Shown here one piece after another: positions 1 to 11,968 of a DNA stretch of 64,000 nt. How positions within the stretch are numbered: the stretch's first letter is position 1; every line of letters starts with the position of its first letter. The position numbers and the translations under genes are program-made. Source of the DNA: TPA_inf: Saccharomyces (taxonomy: Eukaryota); the NCBI GenBank assembly GCA_000146045.2, contig BK006938.2, forward strand, positions 608,001-672,000, written 5' to 3'. The notes beneath the pieces were generated by a model that ran no database searches, was not told the origin of the DNA, and saw only the letters and a list, made by a program, of their open reading frames with translations.

Positions 1-2081
1 ATGGCCGTGCTTGAAGGAAGTTCATCAGTTGATTTGTTCTGATCTGAGGCAGCTTTTTCGTTGTTTCTGATAGCTGAAGAAAATACTTCGCTAAAATATT
101 CTGATGATGGTAGTTGCATATCAACGCCAACAGTAGATAAATCCAAATCAGGACTTAAGAATAAATTAGGTTTATCGATTAATGTACTGACATTATAATC
201 TAATGGGCCCGGCTGTTTCATTGTATTATATGGATCATTCAAAAGGCCGTTAAAATTGACGTCATAATTACCGTCAACAACTAAATCTGTAGTCGAAGAG
301 TTCCTTTGCGATTCCATACTAGAAATATTTGGTTGTCCAGGGTTACCTGTTTTGGTACTATTATCAACAGTATTCTGTTGCAAATACTTTACGCTACTAT
401 CATTATCATTAATATTATTACTACTACCATTATTATTGTTATTATTATTACTGCCTCTATTATTAGTATTTTCAATAGCATTGTTGCTGTGATTACTGTT
501 GTAATCGGGGTTGTGGCTAGCTTGTGACATGCTTAAATGATTTTGATTATTATCATCTTCATTGGCAAAAACTGATACATCAAAATTATCATCATGGACC
601 TCATTACCTTTTGGCGCAGTATCAAAATCAGGTTCACAAGGCTCCACAATAGCACTTTCCACTAATTCTTCTGTACTCAAGAAGTTTGTGTTTTTGTTTT
701 CAATGTTTAAATCTAACAACATTTCATATTCCCATTTTTTAACACAGTAGTATTCATCACATAATCTATTCAAAACGCTCTCTAAGACTTCGTTTTTCTT
801 AAATGCCATACTAACATTCTCATTCAAATGTATCATTTCAGGAGGAAGCAGACCGGAACTTTTCCAATTTGCTTTGATAGCATCAACGGGTATATCATCC
901 CAAGCTTTTTTAATAAATTTGAATGCATTTGACATTGTGAGTTGACTCTGCTCAAAGCTAATCAAACATTTTTTACCATTGGGTATGCATTCGTTCCGTT
1001 CTGATTTATTTTTATTTTGGATATTCTTCGAAATTCTATTTTGCAAGTCAATGAGCGCCTGATACTGTTGTATTCTGTATCGTGTTTTGAATTCATCCCA
1101 GACACCCCAGTTAAATGGCAAAAACTTTGAATTTGAGGAAGTGTATACAAGTTTTATATTTTGAAGGCGCAAATTAATTATTCGATGACAGCAAGAATCA
1201 TCCAAAACAATCCAAATCTTCCTATTCACAGCAACCAACCTCTTATCCCACCTGACTAACCAGTTGTGGAAAAGATTGCTCGTTAGCCATGCTTTCCTGT
1301 TACTATGGTATGAGATATCAAATTTCTTAGCCATCTTAGTACCCAACATTGATTGTGACACAGGATCATTCGGTTCATTGGGGAAATAATTCCTGAATGA
1401 TTTGTAACTATCATATTTGCCCACGACAACAGGTTTTAACTTTTCAGAGCCATCTAAATTGGAGCACAGCATGACAGTTGCCACCTCTATACGCCTTTGA
1501 ATGCTACTTGCTTCATATTGAGCATAATCCAACGGTAGGTTGTAGGAGAGAAACGCTTCATCTAAAGTGAATAAATCCTTTGGAGGAATTTTGGAGAAAT
1601 AAGCCTTCAATACATCCCTCTCTTCAAATGTCCAGACTTTTGGGGTTTTGGGTAACTCTTCGTCTAAAACAGAAATATTGACATCCATTTTTGATAAAAA
1701 ATTCGAAATCCATTTATAACTAAAAGAACCATTTCCCTCGCGATGCTCCGCAGGAATTCTGTGCCAAACAGCTTGTGCAGTGTCTTGAATAATAGGTGAC
1801 GTTATAGGGATTCCATTCCACAAACTTTGAGAAATCCATTCTTGTAAAATTTTCCGAACCAAAAGATTATTTGGCTTCCTTAATCTATTCGCATCTTTTT
1901 CATGCTCTTTACAATTCATATAAGTTGATTTCCTTGCCAACAAACGCGATATTGTGCCTTGGGATGGAATTTTTGGCAGCTGGAACGTCTCATAAGCCCA
2001 TTTTGCCAATTCAAGTTGCGTCCACTTTGGGTGCCTCTCCGCCATTAGACAAATATTATATCTTTGCTGAATGGAAAGCAT
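1..2081 (-). CDS. PDC2: PDC2 (YDR081C) transcription factor for PDC/thiamine genes; 3' part runs off the window start
   Basis: Minus-strand ATG at 2079-2081 translates to MLSIQQRYNICLMAERHPKWTQLELAKWAYETF. The Asn-rich low-complexity stretch (plus-strand ATT/GTT repeats around 390-480) matches the Pdc2 poly-N region. It sits immediately upstream of STN1, as on chromosome IV. It is absent from the ORF track only because its stop codon lies before position 1. Confidence 0.8.
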   Translation of the reverse strand, partial: MLSIQQRYNICLMAERHPKWTQLELAKWAYETFQLPKIPSQGTISRLLARKSTYMNCKEHEKDANRLRKPNNLLVRKILQEWISQSLWNGIPITSPIIQDTAQAVWHRIPAEHREGNGSFSYKWISNFLSKMDVNISVLDEELPKTPKVWTFEERDVLKAYFSKIPPKDLFTLDEAFLSYNLPLDYAQYEASSIQRRIEVATVMLCSNLDGSEKLKPVVVGKYDSYKSFRNYFPNEPNDPVSQSMLGTKMAKKFDISYHSNRKAWLTSNLFHNWLVRWDKRLVAVNRKIWIVLDDSCCHRIINLRLQNIKLVYTSSNSKFLPFNWGVWDEFKTRYRIQQYQALIDLQNRISKNIQNKNKSERNECIPNGKKCLISFEQSQLTMSNAFKFIKKAWDDIPVDAIKANWKSSGLLPPEMIHLNENVSMAFKKNEVLESVLNRLCDEYYCVKKWEYEMLLDLNIENKNTNFLSTEELVESAIVEPCEPDFDTAPKGNEVHDDNFDVSVFANEDDNNQNHLSMSQASHNPDYNSNHSNNAIENTNNRGSNNNNNNNGSSNNINDNDSSVKYLQQNTVDNSTKTGNPGQPNISSMESQRNSSTTDLVVDGNYDVNFNGLLNDPYNTMKQPGPLDYNVSTLIDKPNLFLSPDLDLSTVGVDMQLPSSEYFSEVFSSAIRNNEKAASDQNKSTDELPSSTA

Positions 2082-2440
2082 GCTGGTTATAATAAAGCTG
2101 TCTCTTTACTGCTTGGTGTTACCACAAAATTCAAAACGCGAACTAGTCACGATTGATCAAACTTTGCTGATTTCATTCAAATCTTGCAACTGATTTTTAA
2201 GCAGCTATTGGTTTTGATAATTTCTTACTTTCAAGTAATTGACTTCGATGGGCAAAGTCACTCAGAACGGAAATATGCAGCAGCTATTCTAACAACAAAA
2301 CCACGAATCACACCAAAAAGAAGTATGTAAAGGCATGGAAAAAGAAGTAAGCATTGGAATATATGAAATCCTGCTTGTTGATATTCCATTTCTGTGCGAA
2401 AAAAGAGCAATAAGCTGGCTTTTAATAATGGGTTGGAGCC

Positions 2441-3925
2441 ATGGATAAGTACGGACATATAGCTCATCAAGAAGGCGATGTTTGTTATTATATTCCAAGG
2501 CTGTTCAAATACAACAGTTATTATAGTGGGACAGAGGACGTTCGAATATTTGTTGGAGATTTAAAGTACCGGATGAGAGTTTCTTTGCAAATTTGCGAAA
2601 AGTATTATGATAGGCGGTTGTCGATGTTGTTCTGGAAAAATCATCCTTTACAGCAAATACACCTTATTGGCTGCATCATTGGACTCCAGTTCAAATGGAT
2701 TGGGAAACAAGAATACATTTTTTTTCAGTTGGACGATTGTACTTCAGACTCTTCATTGGTGGGTTATACTAGTGACATGAGATTCTTAACATGTAAAGTT
2801 AAGAAGGATAGCATCCTATCATGGGGGTTGAACATAACCGATTTGATAGGCTTAACTCTTCATGTCTACGGGCAAGCAAGTTTGAACTATCAAGAGCTTC
2901 AAGTTGAATATTTAAGATTATGCTACAGTTTAACGGAAGAAATAGATCATTGGAAAATCACAATGAACATGCGTGAGCAACTTGACACGCCTTGGTCCTT
3001 AAGCGATTTTGTAATTGGAGAATTGTTCACGCAAGAGCAAGAGTGGACACCTGAGACATCACAGATTGAGGTAGTAAACCCGGATTTTGTAGGTATAGGG
3101 TACAAAACCCCAGAAAGTAAAAGAAATGAAACTACTTTCATCGAGCAACTGCAAGAAGAACGCTTGAAGGATGAATTAGAAATTATTAGTCCATACAATA
3201 GCACAGATACTTCGAATAGTGTGCATTCCTTGTCATTTCGGTTTGTATCGTCGCTAAAGGATTTTCCTGAAACTCACTTTTTGAATTCAGGTGATCAAAT
3301 TGACAACGGCAATGACGAACAGTTAAAAAAACTAGAATATCAAAGCGCTAATCTACCTGTGATGATTCCCAATAGGACATCAGCAAAGTCAAACTTGATG
3401 TTGATCCTATTAGGACTACAAATGAAAGAGATTTCTAATTCTGACCTTTACAAACTAAAGGAAGTACGCAGCGTAGTAACTAGCTTAGCATCGTTTTTGT
3501 TTCAACAACAAAATGTTGGCGTCATGAAATCTTTTGACTCTTTGGAAAAGGAAGCGTTTCGAGACCTGGTTAATCGTCTAGTCAGCCAGGGTTTGATCGG
3601 ATTAAAAGATAAAACAAGTGAGACATTTGATTTGCTTCCTCTAAAAAATCTTTTTGAATATGCTGAAAAACGTATATCAGTTCTAATGAAGCTACAATGT
3701 TATACAGGCACTGTGCAATTAAGTCATGTTCAGGAAAAGCTACATTTGCCGTACATAACAACGAACGGCATCGTTGATGTTTTCAAAGAATGTCTTAAAA
3801 GGACAAAGAAACAGTATCCTGAGGTACTAAAAAATTGGTGGATTGATCTTGATCCGAAGAATGGTATGGAGGACCAAAACAGTGGAATATTATTACATTT
3901 GGAATACGCAGCAGCATATTCATAA
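2441..3925 (+). CDS. STN1: STN1 (YDR082W) telomere-capping CST subunit, 494 aa
   Basis: The 494-aa ORF matches the length of Stn1 exactly and sits between PDC2 and RRP8. Confidence 0.8.
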   Translation: MDKYGHIAHQEGDVCYYIPRLFKYNSYYSGTEDVRIFVGDLKYRMRVSLQICEKYYDRRLSMLFWKNHPLQQIHLIGCIIGLQFKWIGKQEYIFFQLDDCTSDSSLVGYTSDMRFLTCKVKKDSILSWGLNITDLIGLTLHVYGQASLNYQELQVEYLRLCYSLTEEIDHWKITMNMREQLDTPWSLSDFVIGELFTQEQEWTPETSQIEVVNPDFVGIGYKTPESKRNETTFIEQLQEERLKDELEIISPYNSTDTSNSVHSLSFRFVSSLKDFPETHFLNSGDQIDNGNDEQLKKLEYQSANLPVMIPNRTSAKSNLMLILLGLQMKEISNSDLYKLKEVRSVVTSLASFLFQQQNVGVMKSFDSLEKEAFRDLVNRLVSQGLIGLKDKTSETFDLLPLKNLFEYAEKRISVLMKLQCYTGTVQLSHVQEKLHLPYITTNGIVDVFKECLKRTKKQYPEVLKNWWIDLDPKNGMEDQNSGILLHLEYAAAYS

Positions 3926-3972
3926 TTTGTTAGAAAACTCGCATCGTCAATAACGGCGCATCTCTCTAGGCC

Positions 3973-3993
3973 TGAAAAATTTTGCGATGAGCT
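3973..3993 (+). promoter_or_regulatory. Adjacent RRPE (TGAAAAATTTT) and PAC (GCGATGAGCT) ribosome-biogenesis promoter motifs upstream of RRP8
   Basis: tgaaaaattttgcgatgagct is read directly, with the two consensus elements contiguous. Confidence 0.8.
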
Positions 3994-4072
3994 CAAAATA
4001 AGATACTATAACTTTATGCATATATTGTATATATATTATATCAAACAAATAAGGACGTTAACGAAATTTTAT

Positions 4073-5251
4073 ATGGCCTTATTTAACGTAGAAGGTTGGT
4101 CTATTAAGACAAAAACCGTCGCTTTTGATAACAAGACTAATAAGTCTTCAAAAGATAAAAAAAAAAATAATAGAAAAAATGGCAAACTTACAAGAGAACA
4201 GAAGTTGAAAGAAGAGACAGAGGCTGAGTTGAAGGAACAAGTGGAAGACATTCCTTCCGAAGGATCAGTAGCCAAAGACATCCCAAAAAAAAACCAAGAG
4301 AAAAGTGATCAAAATGAAACGAGCAAGAAACGCAAGCACGATGAAGAAGCCCCTCTGATGCAAGTAAAAGAAAATATTGAAAAACCTACAAAGAAGCAAC
4401 TAACCCCTTTACAACAAAAGATGATGGCTAAACTGACTGGTTCTAGATTTAGATGGATCAATGAACAACTGTATACAATTAGCTCTGATGAAGCTTTGAA
4501 ATTAATAAAAGAACAACCACAATTATTTGACGAATATCATGATGGTTTTAGATCACAAGTGCAAGCATGGCCGGAAAATCCAGTTGATGTTTTTGTTGAC
4601 CAAATTCGTTATAGATGCATGAAACCTGTGAATGCTCCAGGTGGGTTACCAGGTCTTAAGGATAGTAAAGAAATAGTTATTGCTGATATGGGGTGTGGTG
4701 AAGCTCAATTAGCATTAGAAATCAACAATTTTTTCAAAAATTACAATAAGAAAGCGAAGAAATATTTGAAAAGACGCCATAAAGTCCACAGTTTTGATTT
4801 GAAGAAAGCTAACGAAAGAATAACTGTGGCAGATATTAGAAATGTGCCGCTACCAGATGAGTCCTGTACTATAGTGGTCTTCTGCCTGGCTCTAATGGGT
4901 ACAAATTTCCTCGATTTCATAAAAGAAGCTTATAGGATTTTAGCGCCAAGGGGTGAATTATGGATCGCAGAAATTAAATCAAGGTTTAGTGACGGCAAAG
5001 GTAATGAATTTGTAGACGCTTTGAAGCTGATGGGATTTTTTCACAAAAAGACCTTCGACGAGAATAAGATGTTTACAAGATTCGAATTTTTCAAGCCACC
5101 TGCGGAGATTATTGAAGAGAGAAGGCAGAAATTGGAAAGAAGACAAAAGTTTATTGAAGTTGAAACTGAGAAGGAAGAATTAGAAAAGAAAAGACGGAAA
5201 ATTGCCGAAGGAAAATGGCTCTTGAAGCCCTGTATTTATAAAAGAAGATAA
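4073..5251 (+). CDS. RRP8: RRP8 (YDR083W) nucleolar rRNA (25S m1A645) SAM-dependent methyltransferase, 392 aa
   Basis: Rossmann SAM-binding motif VIADMGCGEAQLA. The ORF from the second in-frame ATG (MALFNVEGW...) gives 392 aa. The track ORF begins 19 codons upstream at 4016. RRPE and PAC motifs lie about 80-100 bp upstream of the ATG at 4073. Confidence 0.88.
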   Translation: MALFNVEGWSIKTKTVAFDNKTNKSSKDKKKNNRKNGKLTREQKLKEETEAELKEQVEDIPSEGSVAKDIPKKNQEKSDQNETSKKRKHDEEAPLMQVKENIEKPTKKQLTPLQQKMMAKLTGSRFRWINEQLYTISSDEALKLIKEQPQLFDEYHDGFRSQVQAWPENPVDVFVDQIRYRCMKPVNAPGGLPGLKDSKEIVIADMGCGEAQLALEINNFFKNYNKKAKKYLKRRHKVHSFDLKKANERITVADIRNVPLPDESCTIVVFCLALMGTNFLDFIKEAYRILAPRGELWIAEIKSRFSDGKGNEFVDALKLMGFFHKKTFDENKMFTRFEFFKPPAEIIEERRQKLERRQKFIEVETEKEELEKKRRKIAEGKWLLKPCIYKRR

Positions 5252-5404
5252 CGACTTCATCCGTCATTTTCATATTTTAATATTGTTTTTTCTTTTGTAT
5301 ACTATATTTATACATATAATTGTATTCTTTTCCTGTAGTACATTGCGTAAAGTAAAAATCATCTAGAAGAAGTACTCCACAATGTTCACATGAGGGACAA
5401 GGTT

Positions 5405-6004
5405 TTATTGTCTCTGGAAAAACGATTGGATATTAGCCAGCCTTGAAAGATTTTCAAAGCCCGGAACAGAAGGAAGAGCGAACCAATTATTAGTATCTTG
5501 ACCGTCAGATTGTCCACTATTGGGCTCCCATCTATCGCAACAACGAAATCCATACGTGTTCCAGGCGGTCAGACACATTGCAACAATGACCAAAATCAGG
5601 TAGAATATTTTCAGTCTTAAAAGACACAACACAGCGAAGACACCCCAGATTACGGGTGTCACATACATCGACCACCAGAATAACTTAGAATCGATGGCAT
5701 TTATTGGTGGGCCCGGCGCATATTGCTTATATGATTCGAAAGTAAAATTAGAATCTTTGTTCACATCTGTAGAATCATACCACCAGCGTAATTGGACCAG
5801 TTTCCGACCTGTAATGTTTTTTGTTAAGTAAAAGTCAAAAGAAAGTAAAAGAACGACAGTGATGAATTGAGGTGTGAAATTCAAAAACATTGATCCTATG
5901 ATATAAAATACAATGGGAACTGCCTTACCTGCCAGATGAAATGATAGTAGCAACGGGTGCGACGATTTTAAAATTGTGTTGTAGAAATTTCTTGCCTGGT
6001 CCAT
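5405..6004 (-). CDS. TVP23: TVP23 (YDR084C) Golgi membrane protein, 199 aa
   Basis: A 199-aa multi-TM ORF with the correct length and position. Confidence 0.8.
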
Positions 6005-6287
6005 GTTTCATTCGTAATTAGAGCACCAGCAGGTTTATAAAAGCGTATTGAACCGTAAATCCTTTAAGAACCACGCTTTTCTACATTTACATTATGTACA
6101 GTTAAAATGGAAACGAAATCCCTTTTCACCCAAAGGCGCATTGCGGACAAATAATAGGTTCGAGGTCAAGGTAAACAGGAAGCAAGATGCAAAAGAAGTA
6201 ACTGGAATGGAATGTATACATTGATATATAAATATGTATGACGCCTTCTATTGCAAAAAATAAACTGGATTATGTTACGTTAATAAC

Positions 6288-8150
6288 TCAAATTAAATAA
6301 TGTGTAAAGCACTTGCTGTTCTCATGGACAACCATCTCATTTTTTTTGTAAGAGTTAAGTTCAAGTTTGATCTCATTCATGGCACTATTCATGCTTGGAT
6401 GTACTTTCATCATCCACAACAATCTGTGGCGATTCATAATGAATTCCGGATTAGCTCTCTCATATGCATTCGATGACCAAGTGCTTGCTAAACATACTTC
6501 TTTTGCAAACCGGACATCTTTTTTTATTGGTTTTGGAGGTGTTTCGACTTTATCAAATGAGGAATCTGGCAGCGAATTCCTTCTATCTTCGAATCTGATA
6601 TACTCCCAGTCATTTCTCAACCTATTTACCATGTCGTTCCCAACATGCATTGGTAAGCTTATTGGACCTGACAGAGACTGTCGCAAATCTGTCGATATGT
6701 TGTAGAAGTATCGTGCAGATTCATTGTCATCTAATGAAGGCCTCTTGGACGATCTTGGTGGTGGTTGATTTCTCGTGTCGATTATATATTCACCGAGCTT
6801 TGAAAATTCTTCGATTATGGTCTTGTCGATCAAACCTTCATTGACATTATGCTTTTCGGTATCTCGAAAAGAAACCTTGCCATCGTCGTTGTGCGAGGTC
6901 TCGTGGAGCTTTTGTCGTATTTCTAATTGCCTTCGCCTCAAATCGTATTTATCATTTTCCTTGGACAACAGATCATCAAAAATTGAATCTGTATCCATTA
7001 GAGTTTCGTCGTCGTCAAATTCAATGCCGTCCAGATTTGCATCCATTAATTCAATATCATTCTCAGCTTCAGAATTTCCATCAGAATGCGTAACCATATC
7101 ATCGATAGGAATTCTCCTTCTTTTTGTATCCTTTTTTCCATGCTTTGTATTCGAGTTTCCTGAAGTACGCCATAATTTCTTCAAAACAGAACCCAGTTTC
7201 AACTTCGATTGTGACTTTATACATCTATATTTCTCAGTGCCCAGAATAGTCTTTTTCTTTCTATCAAATAGGCCTGAATTAGTTGTTGGCTTAGTTTTTT
7301 CCTTAGTTGATAAATCCAATTTTTCTATATGGCTACCATGTTTTTCATTTACCGTATTTTCGAAGCAATAAGATATAGTTACAGTTTTATTTTCATAACC
7401 GTCATCATCATCAGTTTGACTTTCTGGCAAGCTGGTCAGGGTATTAACAGCAGATATCGGAGAGGTTGATGAAACCGAACTTTTTATTGTTGAAGGAACT
7501 GAAGTGTTCAGCTCCAAGCTATTTACACCGTAGCCTGTATCATTGGGAGGAATATGTATGACTGATGTCCCATTATGAGGCCCCACAAAATCTTTTGATA
7601 AATTGCGACCTTTCTTCTCGCTGAATTTGAATAAAGAAGAGTCTCTTGAATTTAATTCAGGCTTTTTCAAGCTGTGGGTGCATTTTCCATCAAGTTTTGG
7701 CTTGTATATTTCGCCATTGGGAAATTGAAAGCTTCTTTTCATTTTAGAGCGCTGCAGTTGATAAGGTGTTAATTCTTTATATACTCCGAAAGTGTACTGT
7801 GGCTTCTGGTATTGGCTCACATAATCTTGATCATTATTGAACCCCTCATGGTAAGAGTTTCTTTCCCTAACTGTGAATAGCGCAGTTCTCTTTCTTTGCT
7901 GGGCGGCTGTCATTGAACAGGACCTTACTGGAAATTTTCTAGCTGCTGTCACAGACCTACAGTCTATCTCGCCACTATAAATGTGTCTCTTCTTATTCGG
8001 GTTCGAATAATTGTAATCAGCATCATTCCTAACATTGAGTTTAGAGAATGTACTAGACAAAGCAAACAAATTCGAAGTTGAGTTCGACCTAGGTATCAAT
8101 CGCTCCGGTATGGGTTGGTTTTCTTGTGCAGATAGATATGAGCCCTCCAT
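6288..8150 (-). CDS. AFR1: AFR1 (YDR085C) alpha-factor receptor regulator, 620 aa
   Basis: A 620-aa ORF with the correct position. Ser/Asn-rich. There is an upstream PRE. Confidence 0.82.
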   Translation of the reverse strand: MEGSYLSAQENQPIPERLIPRSNSTSNLFALSSTFSKLNVRNDADYNYSNPNKKRHIYSGEIDCRSVTAARKFPVRSCSMTAAQQRKRTALFTVRERNSYHEGFNNDQDYVSQYQKPQYTFGVYKELTPYQLQRSKMKRSFQFPNGEIYKPKLDGKCTHSLKKPELNSRDSSLFKFSEKKGRNLSKDFVGPHNGTSVIHIPPNDTGYGVNSLELNTSVPSTIKSSVSSTSPISAVNTLTSLPESQTDDDDGYENKTVTISYCFENTVNEKHGSHIEKLDLSTKEKTKPTTNSGLFDRKKKTILGTEKYRCIKSQSKLKLGSVLKKLWRTSGNSNTKHGKKDTKRRRIPIDDMVTHSDGNSEAENDIELMDANLDGIEFDDDETLMDTDSIFDDLLSKENDKYDLRRRQLEIRQKLHETSHNDDGKVSFRDTEKHNVNEGLIDKTIIEEFSKLGEYIIDTRNQPPPRSSKRPSLDDNESARYFYNISTDLRQSLSGPISLPMHVGNDMVNRLRNDWEYIRFEDRRNSLPDSSFDKVETPPKPIKKDVRFAKEVCLASTWSSNAYERANPEFIMNRHRLLWMMKVHPSMNSAMNEIKLELNSYKKNEMVVHENSKCFTHYLI

Positions 8151-8525
8151 TATTATCAGCAGTTTGTGGTAACACCTAATATGGCCTATCTGGATAATGA
8201 GATAGCCCCTTCCCTTTTTCCAGTTTTCTTTTTCTTTTGTTCCTATATTATATGAAGCCGGTATATATATTTATGTAGAATAAGCTTTTAGCAGGCGTCC
8301 CATTAAAGTCGTCAAGGTAAGTCGGGCCCAATAAACTTGTTGAAAGGGTGAGAGAGAAAGTGCTAAAAGGAAGCCAAACCTTTGTGAAACCTGGGGTATG
8401 TCGAGCATATAATCAAAAATAAGACGTACTACTCAAAAAGGAAATGCATGGGAAAAAGAGGCAGCGAAAAAGGAAAAGTGAGTGCCCATCTATTTTTAGG
8501 CGCTGTTCCGTTCAGGGATCGTACT

Positions 8526-8532
8526 TGTTTCA
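8526..8532 (-). promoter_or_regulatory. Pheromone response element (TGAAACA, Ste12 site) about 375 bp upstream of AFR1
   Basis: tgtttca on the plus strand reads TGAAACA in AFR1 orientation. A second imperfect copy TGAAACC lies near 8385-8391. Confidence 0.45.
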
Positions 8533-8927
8533 TATCAGTGGTAGCAACGTGGTAGCACGGAAGAATTTGACAAGGAGCTAAACGTCATATCGCCAAGGAA
8601 CGGTTTTTCGTTTCAAGGTCGTTGGAGAGCTTTTCCATGATCGGTATGGAGCTTAAATAAAGGGAAAGGAACAATGATACGTTTATGCTTATTCGGCAAA
8701 TAGAAAACATGTTTAATACAGAAAATGCAGTAATATTATATGGGAAGAATCAAGACTCTTGCCTTCCACCTCTTTAGAGTAAATTCTTATATAGGGCTGA
8801 ACATATACACACTATACCGATAGAAAGGTTATAATTTAAAGGGAAAAATGCACATAAAGAATACTACTTAATTTTGATTTTTGGTTCTGGTGCCGTTGTT
8901 TTTATTTTTTCTCGTCTTTTATCTCTT

Positions 8928-9170
8928 TTAAACAATAACGTATCTGATTGGAATATGAATCAACTTGATGGCGTAACCAATGATACCGACTGCAATAAAA
9001 CCAATACCAACAGCCTTGACAATCTTGGTGTATTCCTTCAAATCAGGTTTCTTACACTTGGCCAAGAATTGAGTACCTTCTCTGACAAATTCTACAGGTG
9101 CTTCAACCAGCTTTTCAACCTGGTTGTTGCTCTGCTTTTTCTCTTCACCTTTTTCACTAGCTCTAGCCAT
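8928..9170 (-). CDS. SSS1: SSS1 (YDR086C) Sec61 translocon gamma subunit, 80 aa
   Basis: MARASEKGEEKKQSNNQVEKLVEAPVEFVREGTQFLAKCKKPDLKEYTKIVKAVGIGFIAVGIIGYAIKLIHIPIRYVIV matches Sss1p. The track ORF extends 40 codons upstream to 9290, but the genuine ATG is at 9168-9170. Confidence 0.9.
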   Translation of the reverse strand: MARASEKGEEKKQSNNQVEKLVEAPVEFVREGTQFLAKCKKPDLKEYTKIVKAVGIGFIAVGIIGYAIKLIHIPIRYVIV

Positions 9171-9469
9171 TTTATTTTTCAATGTTATACGTGATTTTAT
9201 CTTTGGTAAACTAGCGTAGTGCGGACAATGGACACGAGTTATGGACAATACACGCCAATCTGTACTATTTTCCTTGTTTAATTTAATCACTAGTATTCTT
9301 TCATTTCAAAACGAAAAAAAAATAAAAAAAATGTTGCGAGGAAAAAAAGGCGACGTGTTTCGCATTCCGCCAATATCCACAGAGGGTAATGAATTTTTCG
9401 TACTATAGATATACAACTACAATTTATATGAGCGACTTACGATTACTTACATACTACCGCCAGGAAGAA

Positions 9470-10396
<927 letters not shown>

Positions 10397-10417
10397 TTAT
10401 ATTTGACAATTTTTTTC

Positions 10418-10427
10418 AGCTCATCGC
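10418..10427 (-). promoter_or_regulatory. PAC motif (GCGATGAGCT) in the RRP1 promoter, flanked by an A/T-rich RRPE-like run
   Basis: Plus-strand agctcatcgc is the reverse complement of GCGATGAGCT. Confidence 0.7.
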
Positions 10428-10496
10428 ATTTTTTTTTCTAAATTCTTTACCTCTCGTGCTCCGTGACTAGGATATTGGAAATTCAAATGATATAAC

Positions 10497-11645
10497 TTAA
10501 CCATATAAATCTTTTAAGTGGTTCCGTTGTTCCTCAGATTGCTTTGTACCATCTACTTTCCTAGCTTCCAGATCTCCAATGCTGACAATCTTGGGCTGCT
10601 TGGTTTCTTCTTGTTCCCGTTTTTTCTTCAGATATTCATATTTAGTAGGATTGGCGACTAAAACATGTTGTACTTTTTCCTTATCCTCAATTTCATCACG
10701 TATACCCATTTCCTTAGCGTGAGATCTAGCAAACTGGTTCAATTCGTTTAATTTTAGGCCTTCACCTGTCAAATGTCTGCGGAACATTTTTGATTTTTCA
10801 TCAACTGCGCCCAGTGTTTCAGTTTTGTACAATCTTGATTTAGGATCATAATTACTCTCCGTTGAATTTATGTCGTTCAAGTAAGCAGCCTTATCTTCTC
10901 TCAATCTCGTTGATGTCCTATACAACTGAGAATTATCAGCATCATCTTTCTTCAATGAACCTACGGAATCCTTGTAAAGTTCTAACTTCATTAGTTCTAT
11001 CTCTTCATCTGTATCCCATAGTGTTTCATCAGTTTGGGATTTGTCTTTTCCTTTTATTTTATTTCTTTTATCACGCTCCCACTTACTTATCAGTTCATTG
11101 TATTCTTTCCCTGAGTAACCGTACCATCTATCTTTTCTGGAGTCCCAGTCATCATCAGTAGCTCGTACTAAAACTGTGCCATTATTTTTTTGTGAATTTA
11201 AATCGGGAACAAGCTTCTGCATCTTACGAGGTTTTTCCATGCAGTCTTTCTCCTTATGCCCTGCTTCCCCACAATTCCTACAAAATGACAGCGAATGAGA
11301 ATCTCGGACGGACATCTTCTGGGGTCTGATTAGTTTGAACTCATCCTTTATACCCATACCAATTTTTGGTTCTGAATTATTGTCAATATCTAAAGCACCC
11401 CCTTTTGCTTTTTGCCTATGATGCACCAAGTAGTCGCTTTTTTCTCCTCCTTCTGCAGTGCTCGTATCATCATTGCCGGGCTTCTTCCCTTCTTGTTCTT
11501 TGGGGGTATCCTTATAGTACCATGGTTGATTTCTAATATACCTGGGGATATGAATATTTTCATTTTTTTCTTTTGCTTGTTGTAGTTGCCTTTTATTTCT
11601 GTTAATAGTGCTTCGATTTTCGTTGTTTCTGCTGTTATTATTCAT
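10497..11645 (-). CDS. SLU7: SLU7 (YDR088C) second-step pre-mRNA splicing factor, 382 aa
   Basis: A 382-aa ORF with a CCHC zinc knuckle CRNCGEAGHKEKDC. Confidence 0.88.
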   Translation of the reverse strand: MNNNSRNNENRSTINRNKRQLQQAKEKNENIHIPRYIRNQPWYYKDTPKEQEGKKPGNDDTSTAEGGEKSDYLVHHRQKAKGGALDIDNNSEPKIGMGIKDEFKLIRPQKMSVRDSHSLSFCRNCGEAGHKEKDCMEKPRKMQKLVPDLNSQKNNGTVLVRATDDDWDSRKDRWYGYSGKEYNELISKWERDKRNKIKGKDKSQTDETLWDTDEEIELMKLELYKDSVGSLKKDDADNSQLYRTSTRLREDKAAYLNDINSTESNYDPKSRLYKTETLGAVDEKSKMFRRHLTGEGLKLNELNQFARSHAKEMGIRDEIEDKEKVQHVLVANPTKYEYLKKKREQEETKQPKIVSIGDLEARKVDGTKQSEEQRNHLKDLYG

Positions 11646-11968
11646 TATGTAATCCGATCGTTGTATTTCAGTGTAACTGGTATCTTTTTCAGAAGTGCTC
11701 GATAAATGATATACGCAGACTTGATTATTGATTTACTTGAAAGGCAAGCTATTCAATAGATAACGAAGGAGTTATCGTTATGGGTACTATTATTGTCTTT
11801 CCGCGTTCGAACTAGTCACTAGTTGTTCCAATGAAATGTACTTTAAAAAAACTCGACAACTTCTCCAATTAAATTGAAGAGTACGGCAGCTGAGGTTACC
11901 AACTCTTTTCTATATTTTAATTGTCACTAGGTATAAAAATCAAAAGTCTAGAAAAATGTATAAAAAAT

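Noticed and set aside
306-527. A 73-aa plus-strand ORF with an extreme I/V/T-rich composition
   Set aside because: It is the antisense or alternate-frame reading of the PDC2 Asn-rich codon repeats (ATT/GTT runs), a low-complexity artifact rather than a gene.
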